Origin: Bacteroidota bacterium
GTDB taxonomy: Bacteria; Bacteroidota; Bacteroidia; 2-12-FULL-35-15
Direction of reading: 5' to 3'
Assembly (NCBI GenBank): GCA_040388745.1
Contig: JAZKBF010000043.1
Coordinates: 84,405-148,404 of the forward strand
DNA length: 64,000 nt
Shown piece after piece: positions 1-9,641 of the stretch (position 1 is the stretch's first letter; every line of letters begins with the position of its first letter). The position numbers and the translations under genes are program-made. The notes beneath the pieces were generated by a model, which saw only the letters and a list, made by a program, of their open reading frames with translations, ran no database searches and was not told the origin of the DNA.

Positions 1-190
1 GCAAACCGGTAGCTAATGGATCAAGGGTGCCTGCATGTCCAATTTTGGATTCCACTCTTTTACCATCCAGCATTAGTGAAGGATGATGTTTAATGATATA
101 CTTCATTTTATTTACCACCTGAAAGGAAGTCCAGGTGTATGGCTTATGAATTAGGAGCACTTCTCCAGCCCTGAAATCATAGTTTTTCAT
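1..190 (-). CDS. truB: tRNA pseudouridine(55) synthase TruB, N-terminal fragment (gene continues past window start)
   Basis: Reverse-complement translation from ATG at 190-188 gives [63 protein letters not shown]; the GHAGTLDPLATG motif is the TruB catalytic Asp loop. Start overlaps uppP stop by 1 nt (TAATG). Confidence 0.8.
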   Translation of the reverse strand, partial: MKNYDFRAGEVLLIHKPYTWTSFQVVNKMKYIIKHHPSLMLDGKRVESKIGHAGTLDPLATGL

Positions 191-981
191 TAAACGATGC
201 TTAATTGGTAGCCGGCAAAATATAAAATTAAAATTGTGAGCCCAACAACAATACGGTAATATCCAAACACTCTAAAGCCGTGCTTTGTAAGGAAACCGAT
301 GAATGATTTAATAGCGATCATGGCTACAATAAATGCCACAATATTTCCGACTATCAATAAATTGATCTGGTGTGAATCAAATGCGATCCCATCTTTATAA
401 TAATCGTATCCCTTTTTTGCAGTGGCTGCAAACATAGTAGGAACAGCTAAAAAAAAGGAAAACTCCGCAGCTGCTTTACGTGTCATTTTTTGTGTTAGCC
501 CACCAATAATAGTTGCGGCAGAACGAGATACTCCGGGTATCATTGCAATAACCTGAAACAAGCCTATTTTAAAGGCGGATGGATAACTTGGCGGAGCATC
601 TGTTTTGTTGTGATCATTAAATAATTTATCCAGAAAAAGAAATAAAACGCCTCCTAAAAATAAGGTAATTCCAACTACTACAACGTTTTCAAGTAAAGCA
701 TCAATGTAATCATTGAACAATACACCAAAAATAACGGCAGGGATAAATGCGACAAAAATTTTATAATAAAAATCGAGGGTTTGAAAAAAATGTTTCCAAT
801 ACAATACAATAACGGAAAGTATTGCTCCCAGCTGGATAGCGATGGTGAACAATTTTGTAAAAGGATCGTGAGCAATGCCCATGATGGATGAACCTAAGAT
901 CATGTGACCGGTAGATGAAACGGGTAAAAACTCTGTAATGCCTTCAATAATGGCTAAAATAAAGGCTTGGATGTAGGACAT
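190..981 (-). CDS. uppP: undecaprenyl-diphosphate phosphatase
   Basis: 263 aa; N-terminus [18 protein letters not shown] and internal [10 protein letters not shown] are the two conserved BacA/UppP motifs; 8 predicted TM segments. Confidence 0.9.
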   Translation of the reverse strand: MSYIQAFILAIIEGITEFLPVSSTGHMILGSSIMGIAHDPFTKLFTIAIQLGAILSVIVLYWKHFFQTLDFYYKIFVAFIPAVIFGVLFNDYIDALLENVVVVGITLFLGGVLFLFLDKLFNDHNKTDAPPSYPSAFKIGLFQVIAMIPGVSRSAATIIGGLTQKMTRKAAAEFSFFLAVPTMFAATAKKGYDYYKDGIAFDSHQINLLIVGNIVAFIVAMIAIKSFIGFLTKHGFRVFGYYRIVVGLTILILYFAGYQLSIV

Positions 982-1133
982 AAATAATTGGAGATTTTTT
1001 GAATTGGAGAAATGGAGAATTGTATTTTATCATACTTCAATGGACAGACTTGCGCTCCCTCATCCTTCTCACCACTATCAAAATACAAATTGGGCTATTG
1101 CCAAATGACTAAAAACTAATGGCTAATCACTAT

Positions 1134-1400
1134 TTAGTCTTTTGATTTTTTCATGATACCCAACAGTACAATAACAAAACCTACCAATATTGTAACAGGA
1201 GCAATAGTTACTCTACGAGTACTGAAAATTTCATCGGCATGGAATTGATTGGGGTCATCAGAGCCACCGCCAACCATCAGTAAATAACCAATAACAACAG
1301 TAACAACTCCTATAATGAGGATACGATAGTTTTCTTTTCCGAAAGCAAATCCTGGTTTTCTTGTTTCTTTACTCATTAAAATATCGATTTTAGAAGGCAA
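1134..1400 (-). CDS. small 2-TM membrane protein (DUF3098-like)
   Basis: 88 aa with two hydrophobic helices and a FAFGKENY N-terminal motif that I recall from the Bacteroidota DUF3098 family; no enzymatic motif. Confidence 0.45.
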   Translation of the reverse strand: MPSKIDILMSKETRKPGFAFGKENYRILIIGVVTVVIGYLLMVGGGSDDPNQFHADEIFSTRRVTIAPVTILVGFVIVLLGIMKKSKD

Positions 1401-1469
1401 ATGTAATTATTAATTTGACAATTTGATAATGTGTCAATTTGATAATTGAATTAACATGTTTTAAAATTA

Positions 1470-2609
1470 TTATAAAGTACCACGTTTTGCCTGTTCTGTT
1501 TCAATAGATTCAAAAAGGGCTTTGAAGTTGCCTTTACCAAATGAAGTAGCACCTTTACGTTGAATGATCTCGAAAAATACTGTTGGCCTGTCTTCAAGTG
1601 GTTTCGTGAAAATTTGCAACATATAGCCTTCGTCATCACGGTCAACCAAAATGCCTAATTTGGCCAGCTCTGCCACATTTTCATCAATTTTTCCTACACG
1701 ATCCTGCAATTCATCGTAATAAGAGGTAGGGATCGTTAAAAACTCCACTCCACGGCTTTGTAGAACGGAAACTGTTTCAATGATATTATCAGTTGCCATT
1801 GCAAGATGCTGTACACCCTGACCTTCATAAAAATCAATATATTCTTCAATCTGAGACCTCTTTTTACCTTCAGCAGGCTCGTTTATCGGAAATTTAATAC
1901 GGCCATTCCCATTGCTCATTACCTTACTCATTAAGGCAGAATATTCGGTTGAAATATCTTTATCATCAAAAGATAAAACATTTACAAAGCCCATCACTTT
2001 TTGGTAATAGTCAACCCAGGTATTCATTTCATTCCATCCTACGTTACCCACCATGTGATCGATATATTTCAGGCCGGTTGGAGTTGGATTGTAATCTGAT
2101 TCCCAGGGTTTGAACCCGGGTAAAAAAGTGCCTTTATAATTTTTACGCTCTACAAAAAGATGAACTGTTTCACCATAGGTGTAAATTCCAGAACGAATCA
2201 CGTAACCATTTGAATCTTCCTCTTTAGTAGGTTCCATAAAGGATCTGGCACCTCTTGAAATAGTTTCATTATATGATTTTGTTGCGTCATCCACCCAAAG
2301 TGCAACCACTTTTACACCATCACCATGTTTGCGCAAATGATCGTTAATAGGGGATTTAGAATTAAGCGGAGTAGTAAGTACAATACGGATCTTGTCCTGT
2401 GCCAATACGTAAGATGTATAATCGCGGCAGCCAGTCTCCAGCCCTTTGTAAGCAAAGGATTGAAAGCCGAATGCTGTTTTGTAAAAATGTGCAGCTTGTT
2501 TGGCATTACCAACATAAAATTCTACATAATCAGTTCCGTTCAAAGGTAAAAAGTCACCGGCTTCTTTGTAAACTTTTTCTAATGTTGGCGCAATATCTTT
2601 TGAGTTCAT
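1470..2609 (-). CDS. hppD: 4-hydroxyphenylpyruvate dioxygenase
   Basis: 379 aa; two VOC/glyoxalase-like halves, with HLAMATDNI and FFEIIQRKG...GFGKGNFKALFESIE C-terminal motifs typical of HPPD. Confidence 0.9.
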   Translation of the reverse strand: MNSKDIAPTLEKVYKEAGDFLPLNGTDYVEFYVGNAKQAAHFYKTAFGFQSFAYKGLETGCRDYTSYVLAQDKIRIVLTTPLNSKSPINDHLRKHGDGVKVVALWVDDATKSYNETISRGARSFMEPTKEEDSNGYVIRSGIYTYGETVHLFVERKNYKGTFLPGFKPWESDYNPTPTGLKYIDHMVGNVGWNEMNTWVDYYQKVMGFVNVLSFDDKDISTEYSALMSKVMSNGNGRIKFPINEPAEGKKRSQIEEYIDFYEGQGVQHLAMATDNIIETVSVLQSRGVEFLTIPTSYYDELQDRVGKIDENVAELAKLGILVDRDDEGYMLQIFTKPLEDRPTVFFEIIQRKGATSFGKGNFKALFESIETEQAKRGTL

Positions 2610-2831
2610 GTTTTAGTAGTATTAAGTATTGAATGTTATTATGTATGTTGAGCATTAAAAACAGTATCCCGCTTTTAATTAATTCAATTGAGGTACAAAT
2701 TTAGTTAACAAAATTCATTTAGCGATAAAATAAATCAATTTATAAATGTGATAATTGGAATGTTTAACTGCCCGAATGAAAGAATTTATTTTGTTCAGGC
2801 GGGTTTTCAAATTTTCAATTTTTTAAATTGA

Positions 2832-3665
2832 TTGTTTCGGTATCTTTGCATTGTTGTGCCAGAAAAAAATATCAAAAATATGAGTTCAGGTGATGGTGCG
2901 AATGCGCTTATTAAACCTATAATTACGGGTGTAAAAGATACATCAATAGCCCCTTCTTTATTTAAAAACCATTTATTACCGGTTAAAAATCCCAAGCCAG
3001 AAATTCATTTTACTAATTATGATTTTGTGATCACTGGGATATTGTTGTTCTTGTATATATTATTTGTTTGGATGTATGTATCCAATTATAAAAAATTGAG
3101 TCAGATAATTAATGGGTTTTATATTAATCGTAATTCCAATCAATTGTCACGCGATGAGCTATCGATAGGCAACAGGGTGTCGGTTTTTTTATCGATCTTT
3201 TTTATCATCACCCTCACTATATTTATCAGCAGGATCATAGCTTATTATGGCTTCCAATTTGGCATAAGTAATATCGCTGTTTTAAATTTAATTATAGGGA
3301 TTGCTGTCATAGCTGCCTATAGCTTAAAGTTTGCAAGCATTAAATTATTTGGATATATTTTTAAAGTACAAAGGGAAGCAAATGATTATATGATGACCAT
3401 TTTTTTGTTTTGCAATACATTGGGTTTATTCATGCTCCCGATAGTTGTAGGCTTAACCTTTGTTAAACAAGTTTCTCCTGTAGTTTTTATATATTCGGGG
3501 ATAGGGGTTATTGTCACTTTTTTCATGGTAAGAATGATTCGTGGGTTAATTCTTGGCCTTAACAGTTCAGAGATTTCCAAAATCTATTTATTTATGTATC
3601 TTTGCACTCTTGAAATATTACCAATTGCTATTATGGTGAAATTATTTATGCTTAATGTTAAATAA
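2832..3665 (+). CDS. polytopic membrane protein, DUF4271-like
   Basis: 277 aa, about 6 TM helices, no catalytic motif; sits between hppD and hemD as DUF4271 proteins often do in Bacteroidota. Start could instead be the internal Met a few codons downstream. Confidence 0.4.
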   Translation: MFRYLCIVVPEKNIKNMSSGDGANALIKPIITGVKDTSIAPSLFKNHLLPVKNPKPEIHFTNYDFVITGILLFLYILFVWMYVSNYKKLSQIINGFYINRNSNQLSRDELSIGNRVSVFLSIFFIITLTIFISRIIAYYGFQFGISNIAVLNLIIGIAVIAAYSLKFASIKLFGYIFKVQREANDYMMTIFLFCNTLGLFMLPIVVGLTFVKQVSPVVFIYSGIGVIVTFFMVRMIRGLILGLNSSEISKIYLFMYLCTLEILPIAIMVKLFMLNVK

Positions 3666-3727
3666 TTCCCTTTGAAAATGGTGTATTTATTGTTTTGTTT
3701 TTTTAATTTAACGATAGCTCGACAAAA

Positions 3728-4480
3728 TTGAAAATAAAGACCATACTCGTTACTCAGCCAAAGCCAGAGGGTGATAAATCACCTTATTTTGATCTTGCAA
3801 AAAAGTGCAATGTAAAAATTGACTTTCGCCCTTTTATACACATAGAGGGTGTTTCTGCATTGGATTTCAGAAAAGACAAAATAAATATTTTAGAGCATAC
3901 CGCTGTAATAATGACCAGCCGTAGCGCGGTTGACCATTATTTTAGAATGTGTCAGGAAATGAGAATCACTGTTCCGGAAACAATGAAATATTTTTGTATT
4001 TCAGAATCAACAGCATTTTACCTTCAGAAATATGTGTTGTATCGTAAACGTAAAATATTTCATGGTAAACAAACCATTATTGACCTAATGGTTGTTATTA
4101 AAAAACACAAAGACGAAAAATATTTATTGCCTTGTTCAGATATTCATAAGGAGGAGATCGCAGATAAGTTAGATGAGCAGAAAATAAAGTATACAAAAGC
4201 TGTTATGTATCGCACTGTTTGCAGTGATTTGAAGGATCTGGCAAATGTAAATTATGATGTGTTGGTGTTTTTTAGTCCATCAGGAATTAAGTCTTTATTA
4301 AAAAACTTCCCCAAGTTTAAACAAAATAAAACCCGAATAGCAAGTTTTGGTTCCACTACTGCTCTTGCCGTTAAAGATGCCAAATTAAAGGTAGATATAT
4401 CGGCCCCAAATCCGAAAGCTCCATCCATGACAATGGCGCTTGAACAATATATTATAGCAAATAATAAAGCTGCTAAATAG
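3728..4480 (+). CDS. hemD: uroporphyrinogen-III synthase
   Basis: 250 aa; N-terminal KTILVTQPKPEG...SPYFDLAKK and the duplicated flavodoxin-like half architecture typical of Bacteroidota HemD. Confidence 0.7.
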   Translation: MKIKTILVTQPKPEGDKSPYFDLAKKCNVKIDFRPFIHIEGVSALDFRKDKINILEHTAVIMTSRSAVDHYFRMCQEMRITVPETMKYFCISESTAFYLQKYVLYRKRKIFHGKQTIIDLMVVIKKHKDEKYLLPCSDIHKEEIADKLDEQKIKYTKAVMYRTVCSDLKDLANVNYDVLVFFSPSGIKSLLKNFPKFKQNKTRIASFGSTTALAVKDAKLKVDISAPNPKAPSMTMALEQYIIANNKAAK

Positions 4481-4751
4481 TTTAATCTTCCGCAACTTAT
4501 CAAATAAAGGCTTTTACGAATAGGATAATTATCCTTTTATAGATCTTTTTTGACACGAATTTCACGAATTTAAATCAAACCAGTAATTATCAGAGTAATA
4601 GGGAAATTGAACCGGATCATATTCGTTTCAACCGTTGAAGTGTGAAAATTTTACATTTGAAAAACAAAAGAGTACATTTGTTAAGGATGTTTTGCGTAAC
4701 ATTCAGCAATAAGCTGTCGTAGAATATTTATTTTTTATTAAAACCACTTTT

Positions 4752-6458
4752 ATGAAAAAATCAATACTTGCTTTATCTCTCTCTCTTTTATTACAACTAA
4801 CTCTGTTTTCTTCATTTTCCTTTGCACAAAACTGGGCCTGGGCAAAAAGCGCTGGTGGGTTACAAAAAGTGGAATCATACTCCATAGCTATTGACAATGC
4901 AGGAAATAGTTACATAACAGGTTGGTTTGAAGACTCCTTAAAATTCGGATCTTTTACCTTGAAAGCCAGTGTTGCCGGCAATTCTTTTGCAAGCGATATT
5001 TTTATTGCAAAATATGACATTAATGGCAATTTCGTTTGGGCAAAAAAAGCGGGTGGTACCAGCTATGATTATGGTACAGGAATCGCTACGGATGCTGTGG
5101 GTAACGTTTATGTTACCGGGCTCTTTTTAGGTACTGCGGCTTTCGGGACCCTGAGTATAACCAGTATTTCTACCGATTATGATGTATTTGTAGCTAAGTA
5201 CGCTCCCGATGGTACAGCGCTTTGGGTAAGAAAAGGTGGGGGAACTGCATGGGATGTGGGAAGCGGTATTTGTATTGATAAATCAGGTAATTGTTTTATT
5301 GCCGGGGCTTTTAGAGGAACAGCCACTTTTGGAACTACGTCTTTAATAAGTGCGGGAAATTATGATGGATTTATTGCAAAATATGATAGTGCAGGAGTTT
5401 TCAAGTGGGCGAAAAGCGCAGGAGGGTTGTTAGAAGACAGGGCTCAAAGTATTAGCACTGATGCTATTGGTAATTGTTATGTTATAGGGTTTTACAATGG
5501 TACCGCCACCGTTGGTACTTCTATACTTACGAGCGTTGATAGTACTGATGTATGGATCGCAAAATATGATGCTGCCGGAACTTTTGCATGGGCAAAAAGT
5601 GCGGGTGGAACCGGTGCTGATGAGGGTAAGGGTATAGTGTCGGATAAAGCGGGTAACACGCACGTTACCGGGTATTTTGAGGGGAGCGCATTGTTTACCA
5701 CTATTAACCTGACAAGCTTTGGTTCCAGAGATATTTTTGTTGGGAAATACGATTACAAAGGAGATATTATGTGGATGAAAGGTATGGGAGGTGTACAAGG
5801 AGATATAGGATATGGAATTAGTATTGATAGTTCCAGCAATACTTATGTAGCGGGTTCTTTTTATGGCGCAGCAATGTTTGATACAATTAGCGTTGTGAGT
5901 GCAAATCAGGATGATGCCTTTGTTGCGGGGCTTGATTATTATGGCAGCACTAAATGGCTGATTCAGGCTGGTGGTGGAGATCCGGATATAGGAAGAGGAG
6001 TAATAGCCAGTACTTCGGGCAGTTGTTATACTACCGGATATTTTAGTGGTTCCGCTACTTTTGGTACTCATACTGTAACAGGTTTCAGTGATAATGATCT
6101 GTTTGTAGCTAAAGTGGATAGCGTTTTTATTGTTAATCCTATAATGACCGGATTAAACGAAGATGCTACTGATCTGAAGAATTTTGTTCTCTATCCTAAT
6201 CCGTCCAATACTGATGTTACTATCCAATTTGAAACAAAGCTCACGAGTGTGCAAGTGAGTGTTGAATTGTTTGATGTATTGGGCAAAATAGTAACAGATA
6301 GGGCTGTTGTATCTGAGACCAGGAGTTTTAATAATAAAAAACAGGTAACGATCAACAGGGGCAGTTTGCCTGACGGGCTTTATTTGGGGAAAGTTATTGC
6401 GGGAAATAAAATATACACTACTCGGTTTATGCTCATTTCCCCAAGTACTCAGCACTAA
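4752..6458 (+). CDS. secreted beta-propeller repeat (SBBP) protein with T9SS C-terminal sorting domain
   Basis: 568 aa; signal peptide; about ten degenerate ~48 aa repeats (WAKSAGG...D.G..I..D..GN.YVTG.F.G...FG) typical of SBBP; C-terminal ~80 aa (VLYPNPSNTDVTIQFE...GLYLGKVIAGNKIYTTRFMLI) matches the T9SS type-A CTD. Confidence 0.8.
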   Translation: MKKSILALSLSLLLQLTLFSSFSFAQNWAWAKSAGGLQKVESYSIAIDNAGNSYITGWFEDSLKFGSFTLKASVAGNSFASDIFIAKYDINGNFVWAKKAGGTSYDYGTGIATDAVGNVYVTGLFLGTAAFGTLSITSISTDYDVFVAKYAPDGTALWVRKGGGTAWDVGSGICIDKSGNCFIAGAFRGTATFGTTSLISAGNYDGFIAKYDSAGVFKWAKSAGGLLEDRAQSISTDAIGNCYVIGFYNGTATVGTSILTSVDSTDVWIAKYDAAGTFAWAKSAGGTGADEGKGIVSDKAGNTHVTGYFEGSALFTTINLTSFGSRDIFVGKYDYKGDIMWMKGMGGVQGDIGYGISIDSSSNTYVAGSFYGAAMFDTISVVSANQDDAFVAGLDYYGSTKWLIQAGGGDPDIGRGVIASTSGSCYTTGYFSGSATFGTHTVTGFSDNDLFVAKVDSVFIVNPIMTGLNEDATDLKNFVLYPNPSNTDVTIQFETKLTSVQVSVELFDVLGKIVTDRAVVSETRSFNNKKQVTINRGSLPDGLYLGKVIAGNKIYTTRFMLISPSTQH

Positions 6459-6507
6459 ATTGCAAATTTAAATTTATGGATCAAGTCGATAATTTACTTG
6501 GGACGTT

Positions 6508-6532
6508 CCCCTTTCTTTTTTCAAGAAAGGGG
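6508..6532. terminator. perfect 9 bp stem hairpin (ccccTTTCT-N7-AGAAAgggg) downstream of the SBBP gene
   Basis: Read directly; lies in the convergent intergenic region between 4752..6458(+) and 6804..8441(-); no U-tract, which is common in Bacteroidota. A near-identical stem recurs at 55033-55056. Confidence 0.45.
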
Positions 6533-6596
6533 CGAACTTGGACTTTATCATAGGGCTTCAATATTTTCTGAAAAATGAAAAGCCTCTTCAAGTAAC

Positions 6597-6624
6597 CATT
6601 CATTCATTCATTCATTCATTCATT
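6597..6624. repeat. (CATT)7 tetranucleotide microsatellite
   Basis: Seven perfect tandem CATT units read directly in the sequence, in the convergent intergenic region. Confidence 0.95.
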
Positions 6625-6803
6625 TTCATTGATTTATTCGGGCATCATGTCCATGGCAATCTCTTTGCATATTCTATTGAAGTCAGCTTGAATAGGGGAG
6701 GTTTTGTCCCAGGAGTTTTGTTAGGAAGCAAAATTAGTAAATAAAAAAAGGGTGTTACTCGCATATTAGCCAGTAACACCCTTTTTTTAAGGCTTAAACG
6801 AAT

Positions 6804-8441
6804 TTAAATATCTTTTTTGTACAATAAGTAGTGTTTCACTAAAACAGTTGGACCGTCCTTAGCAGCTTTAACTTCTACTTTTTCATCAACAGGTTTATAG
6901 CCTTCTAATTCTATTTTTACCTGGTATGTTTTTCCAGCTAAAATTGTAATAAAATAATCTCCGCTTCCTGAGTTAGATAAAGTACTACCTATTTTTGTCC
7001 CATTTTGGTCGTAATACACTATTTCTGCTTCCATAGCACTTCCATCGGTAGCGTTGAAGATGGTGCCTTTTAAAATAGCCATAGAATCGATAACTTTAGC
7101 TTTCATATCCTTTTCAAGGATCGGGTAATTTGACAAATCTACCTTATAGATATCAAGATCACCTTTACCACCTTTTCTGTCGCTGGTAAAATAGCCTGCC
7201 TGAGCATCAACAGATAAAGTTAAGCTCATATCATTATCAAGGGTGTTTATAGGGTAACCTAAGTTAACAGGTTTTGACCATTTACCATTTTCATTAACTG
7301 TTTTGAAAATATCATATCCACCCATAGAGTTGTATCCATTTGAGCTTAAGAACAATGTTTTTCCATCAGCAGCTAAGAAAATTCCACCTTCGTCTTCAGT
7401 TGTGTTTACATCCGGACCAAGATTAACAGGAACATCCCACTCAGTACGGCTTTTACGTTTCGATACGTAAATGTCGGCATGACCGAAACCACCTTCCGGA
7501 CGCTCACTTACAAAGTAAAGCATACTGCCATCCGGTGAAATACAAGCACCACCTTCAAAAAACGTGGTATTGATTGGTTTGCCTATTGTTACAGGTGATC
7601 CCCATTTTCCGGAAGAACTCAATTTTGAAAAATAAATATCTCCACCGCGAGATTCACCTTCGGTGTCATTTCTATAAACAAAAATTGCTTTACCATCAGG
7701 TGAAATACTTGTACAAGCATCGTGACCTTCAGTATTGATAGCTCCCGGAACCAATTCCGCATCAGCCCATGTTTTTTTAACTGAATCCCATCTTGAAATG
7801 TAAATATCCTCGTAGTATTTTTTATCCCCTTCGATATCCAATGCACTTGATTTTCCGGGACGTCTGGAGGTGAAAATCAACGTTCTTCCATCCGCAGTAA
7901 TTGATGGATTCTTATCGTCATATTCAGAATTAATTACATCACTTACGTTTTCAATTTTAACAGCAACAGGTTTTGCCATCAATATTTTAGCCTGATTTAC
8001 CTGAGAAAGGAATACATTTATATCACTTTCATTTGCTTTTTTACCCTCACCTACAGCGGCTTTAAAGGCTGTAAATTCGATAAGTGCAGAATCTACATTT
8101 CCGTCCATAAAATATAATTTACCAAGAAGTAATGAAATGTCTTCATTTGCCTTAGGATCAATGTTTTTGGCTTTTTTTGCGTTATCAAGTGCCTGAACAA
8201 ATTGATTCATTGAAAAATAACATTCAGCTATATGAAAAAGTATATTGGCATCGTTGGGAAGGGTTTTCAACAGGTCGTTATAAACATTTAATGACCCTTG
8301 ATAATCGCCAGCATAAAAACGTTGCTGAGCGTTGAACATTTTTACCTGATCTTCGCTTTTTTCAATTATACTTTTTTGGGCGGATACGGTAGTTATTGAA
8401 AACATCAACAGAACCGACAAATACATTATTTTTTTTATCAT
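6804..8441 (-). CDS. periplasmic TPR + TolB-like PD40 beta-propeller + carboxypeptidase-regulatory-like domain protein (OmpA-family-like architecture lacking an OmpA domain)
   Basis: 545 aa; signal peptide; N-terminal TPR-like helices; repeated PD40 signatures (SP.ISPDG..L.F.S.R.GG.G..DIY); C-terminal beta-sandwich segment GTIFNATDGSAMEAEIVYYDQNG...YQVKIELEGYKP. Confidence 0.6.
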   Translation of the reverse strand: MIKKIMYLSVLLMFSITTVSAQKSIIEKSEDQVKMFNAQQRFYAGDYQGSLNVYNDLLKTLPNDANILFHIAECYFSMNQFVQALDNAKKAKNIDPKANEDISLLLGKLYFMDGNVDSALIEFTAFKAAVGEGKKANESDINVFLSQVNQAKILMAKPVAVKIENVSDVINSEYDDKNPSITADGRTLIFTSRRPGKSSALDIEGDKKYYEDIYISRWDSVKKTWADAELVPGAINTEGHDACTSISPDGKAIFVYRNDTEGESRGGDIYFSKLSSSGKWGSPVTIGKPINTTFFEGGACISPDGSMLYFVSERPEGGFGHADIYVSKRKSRTEWDVPVNLGPDVNTTEDEGGIFLAADGKTLFLSSNGYNSMGGYDIFKTVNENGKWSKPVNLGYPINTLDNDMSLTLSVDAQAGYFTSDRKGGKGDLDIYKVDLSNYPILEKDMKAKVIDSMAILKGTIFNATDGSAMEAEIVYYDQNGTKIGSTLSNSGSGDYFITILAGKTYQVKIELEGYKPVDEKVEVKAAKDGPTVLVKHYLLYKKDI

Positions 8442-8588
8442 AACTGAACTATTAAATTGAATAGAAGAAATTACAGAAAAAACTCAATTTTTATTTATTT
8501 ACTGCAAACTTAATAAAAAAAGCCATACTTCATAGAAAATTTGGAATTACATTTTTTAAAAGGTAAAATAAGTGCGGATTGCAAAAAA

Positions 8589-9344
8589 TTAGAGCTTCAT
8601 TTTTGAAATATAGTCTAAAAACAGGTTTAACGCTTTTTCTTTTAAGCTATCATAATCATATTTAATATTAATGGTAAGATAGGCTCCAATATCGGTTGCG
8701 TAGGTATTTTGTTCAACTAATTCAGCAATTAATTTAGTCCGGTTATCAATTCCAAATTTTAAAGCCCGGTTGAATTCACTGATAAAGTGATCCGGCAATT
8801 TTTTATTGGCTACCCAACAGGCAAAAACAAAAGGTAATTGTGTTAATTTTTGCCATTCTTCGGCCAGATCATACGAATAAGGGTATTTGTTTTCCAATTC
8901 AAATGTTCGATCTCCAATAATAACGGCCGCAGTATTACCTTCTATATCATTTTCATAGTCAGCCTTTGCGGAGATCCATTGAGGATCTATTTTCCAAAAA
9001 TTAGCAGCTAACACTTTTACAAGTAAAACGGATGTTTTTGATTGATAATCGAGCAAAATGTTTTTTATTTCCTGTAAGGGGACTTTGCTGTATAATATTA
9101 CTGATGCTACTTTTCCTTCGGCACCAATACAGTAATCGCTGATGATATACTTTTCTTTTAGCTGCGGCAATACTGCAACCGGAATTAATCCAATATCAAC
9201 TTTCCCCTCTATTAATTTTTGTGCACAAACAGATGGAATATCCAGTTGTAAGTCAATTTCATTGATCAATTTAGAATGATCTAAACCATACATAAAAGGT
9301 TTGGAATTCAAATAAGATACAACTGATATTTTTATTTTACTCAT
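8589..9344 (-). CDS. mqnA: chorismate dehydratase MqnA (futalosine-pathway menaquinone biosynthesis) / MqnA-MqnD family
   Basis: 251 aa; N-terminal ISVVSYLNSKPFMYGL and periplasmic-binding-protein-like fold motifs characteristic of MqnA/MqnD. Confidence 0.65.
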   Translation of the reverse strand: MSKIKISVVSYLNSKPFMYGLDHSKLINEIDLQLDIPSVCAQKLIEGKVDIGLIPVAVLPQLKEKYIISDYCIGAEGKVASVILYSKVPLQEIKNILLDYQSKTSVLLVKVLAANFWKIDPQWISAKADYENDIEGNTAAVIIGDRTFELENKYPYSYDLAEEWQKLTQLPFVFACWVANKKLPDHFISEFNRALKFGIDNRTKLIAELVEQNTYATDIGAYLTINIKYDYDSLKEKALNLFLDYISKMKL

Positions 9345-9513
9345 AAATTTAATTTCGAAAAAATAAAAATACAGTATTTTGTTTTAAGTATAGAAAAACT
9401 CCAGAGAATTAGGAAATAATACGAAACCTAGGATCTAATATTATTGATACGAATCAAGGCTTAAAGCATCCCGCTTTGCATGAAAAGATGCATTAAGTTG
9501 AAGAGGAAATGCA

Positions 9514-9565
9514 GGCCCACAGTCTCCGACAGGCTCTGACTGACCGTGCGCTGATTATTGGGACG
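9514..9565. repeat. copy 1 of a dispersed intergenic repeat family (GGCCCACAGTCTYCGACARGCTCWGACTGAC core)
   Basis: Shares a ~31 nt core with 58619-58692 (3 mismatches) and a GTGCGCTG segment with 48875-48926. Confidence 0.5.
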
Positions 9566-9615
9566 TAATTCGTGCATTTAATTTACAATTCATAGTGTTA
9601 TTAAAAATCAAAGGC

Positions 9616-9623
9616 TATTTTTG
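9616..9623 (+). promoter_or_regulatory. candidate Bacteroidota sigma-A -7 box (TATTTTTG, consensus TAnnTTTG) about 19 nt upstream of the TonB-receptor start
   Basis: Motif match only; position relative to the ATG at 9642 is plausible. Confidence 0.3.
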
Positions 9624-9641
9624 TAATTAAAATCCTCCAAA

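Noticed and set aside
678-875. 65 aa ORF on - strand inside uppP
   Set aside because: Fully nested in a different frame of the well-supported uppP gene; low-complexity translation; no support.
1451-1645. 64 aa ORF overlapping the hppD 3-prime end
   Set aside because: Out-of-frame overlap with the strongly supported hppD; no motif.
2312-2632. Three small ORFs (67-77 aa) on both strands within the hppD 5-prime region
   Set aside because: Antisense or alternate-frame products of hppD with no recognisable features.
5430-6071. 213 aa antisense ORF inside the SBBP repeat gene
   Set aside because: Antisense to a gene with clear repeat and CTD signatures; its translation is Ser/Thr/Ile low-complexity, typical of a shadow ORF.
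6538-6744. 68 aa ORF spanning the (CATT)7 microsatellite
   Set aside because: Translation (IHSFIHSFIFIDLF) simply reflects the repeat; lies in a convergent intergenic region.
9400-9640. Possible riboswitch (cobalamin/TPP) upstream of the TonB-dependent receptor
   Set aside because: I could not find a B12 box or TPP-binding consensus. The conserved-looking segment is better explained as a member of the dispersed repeat family.
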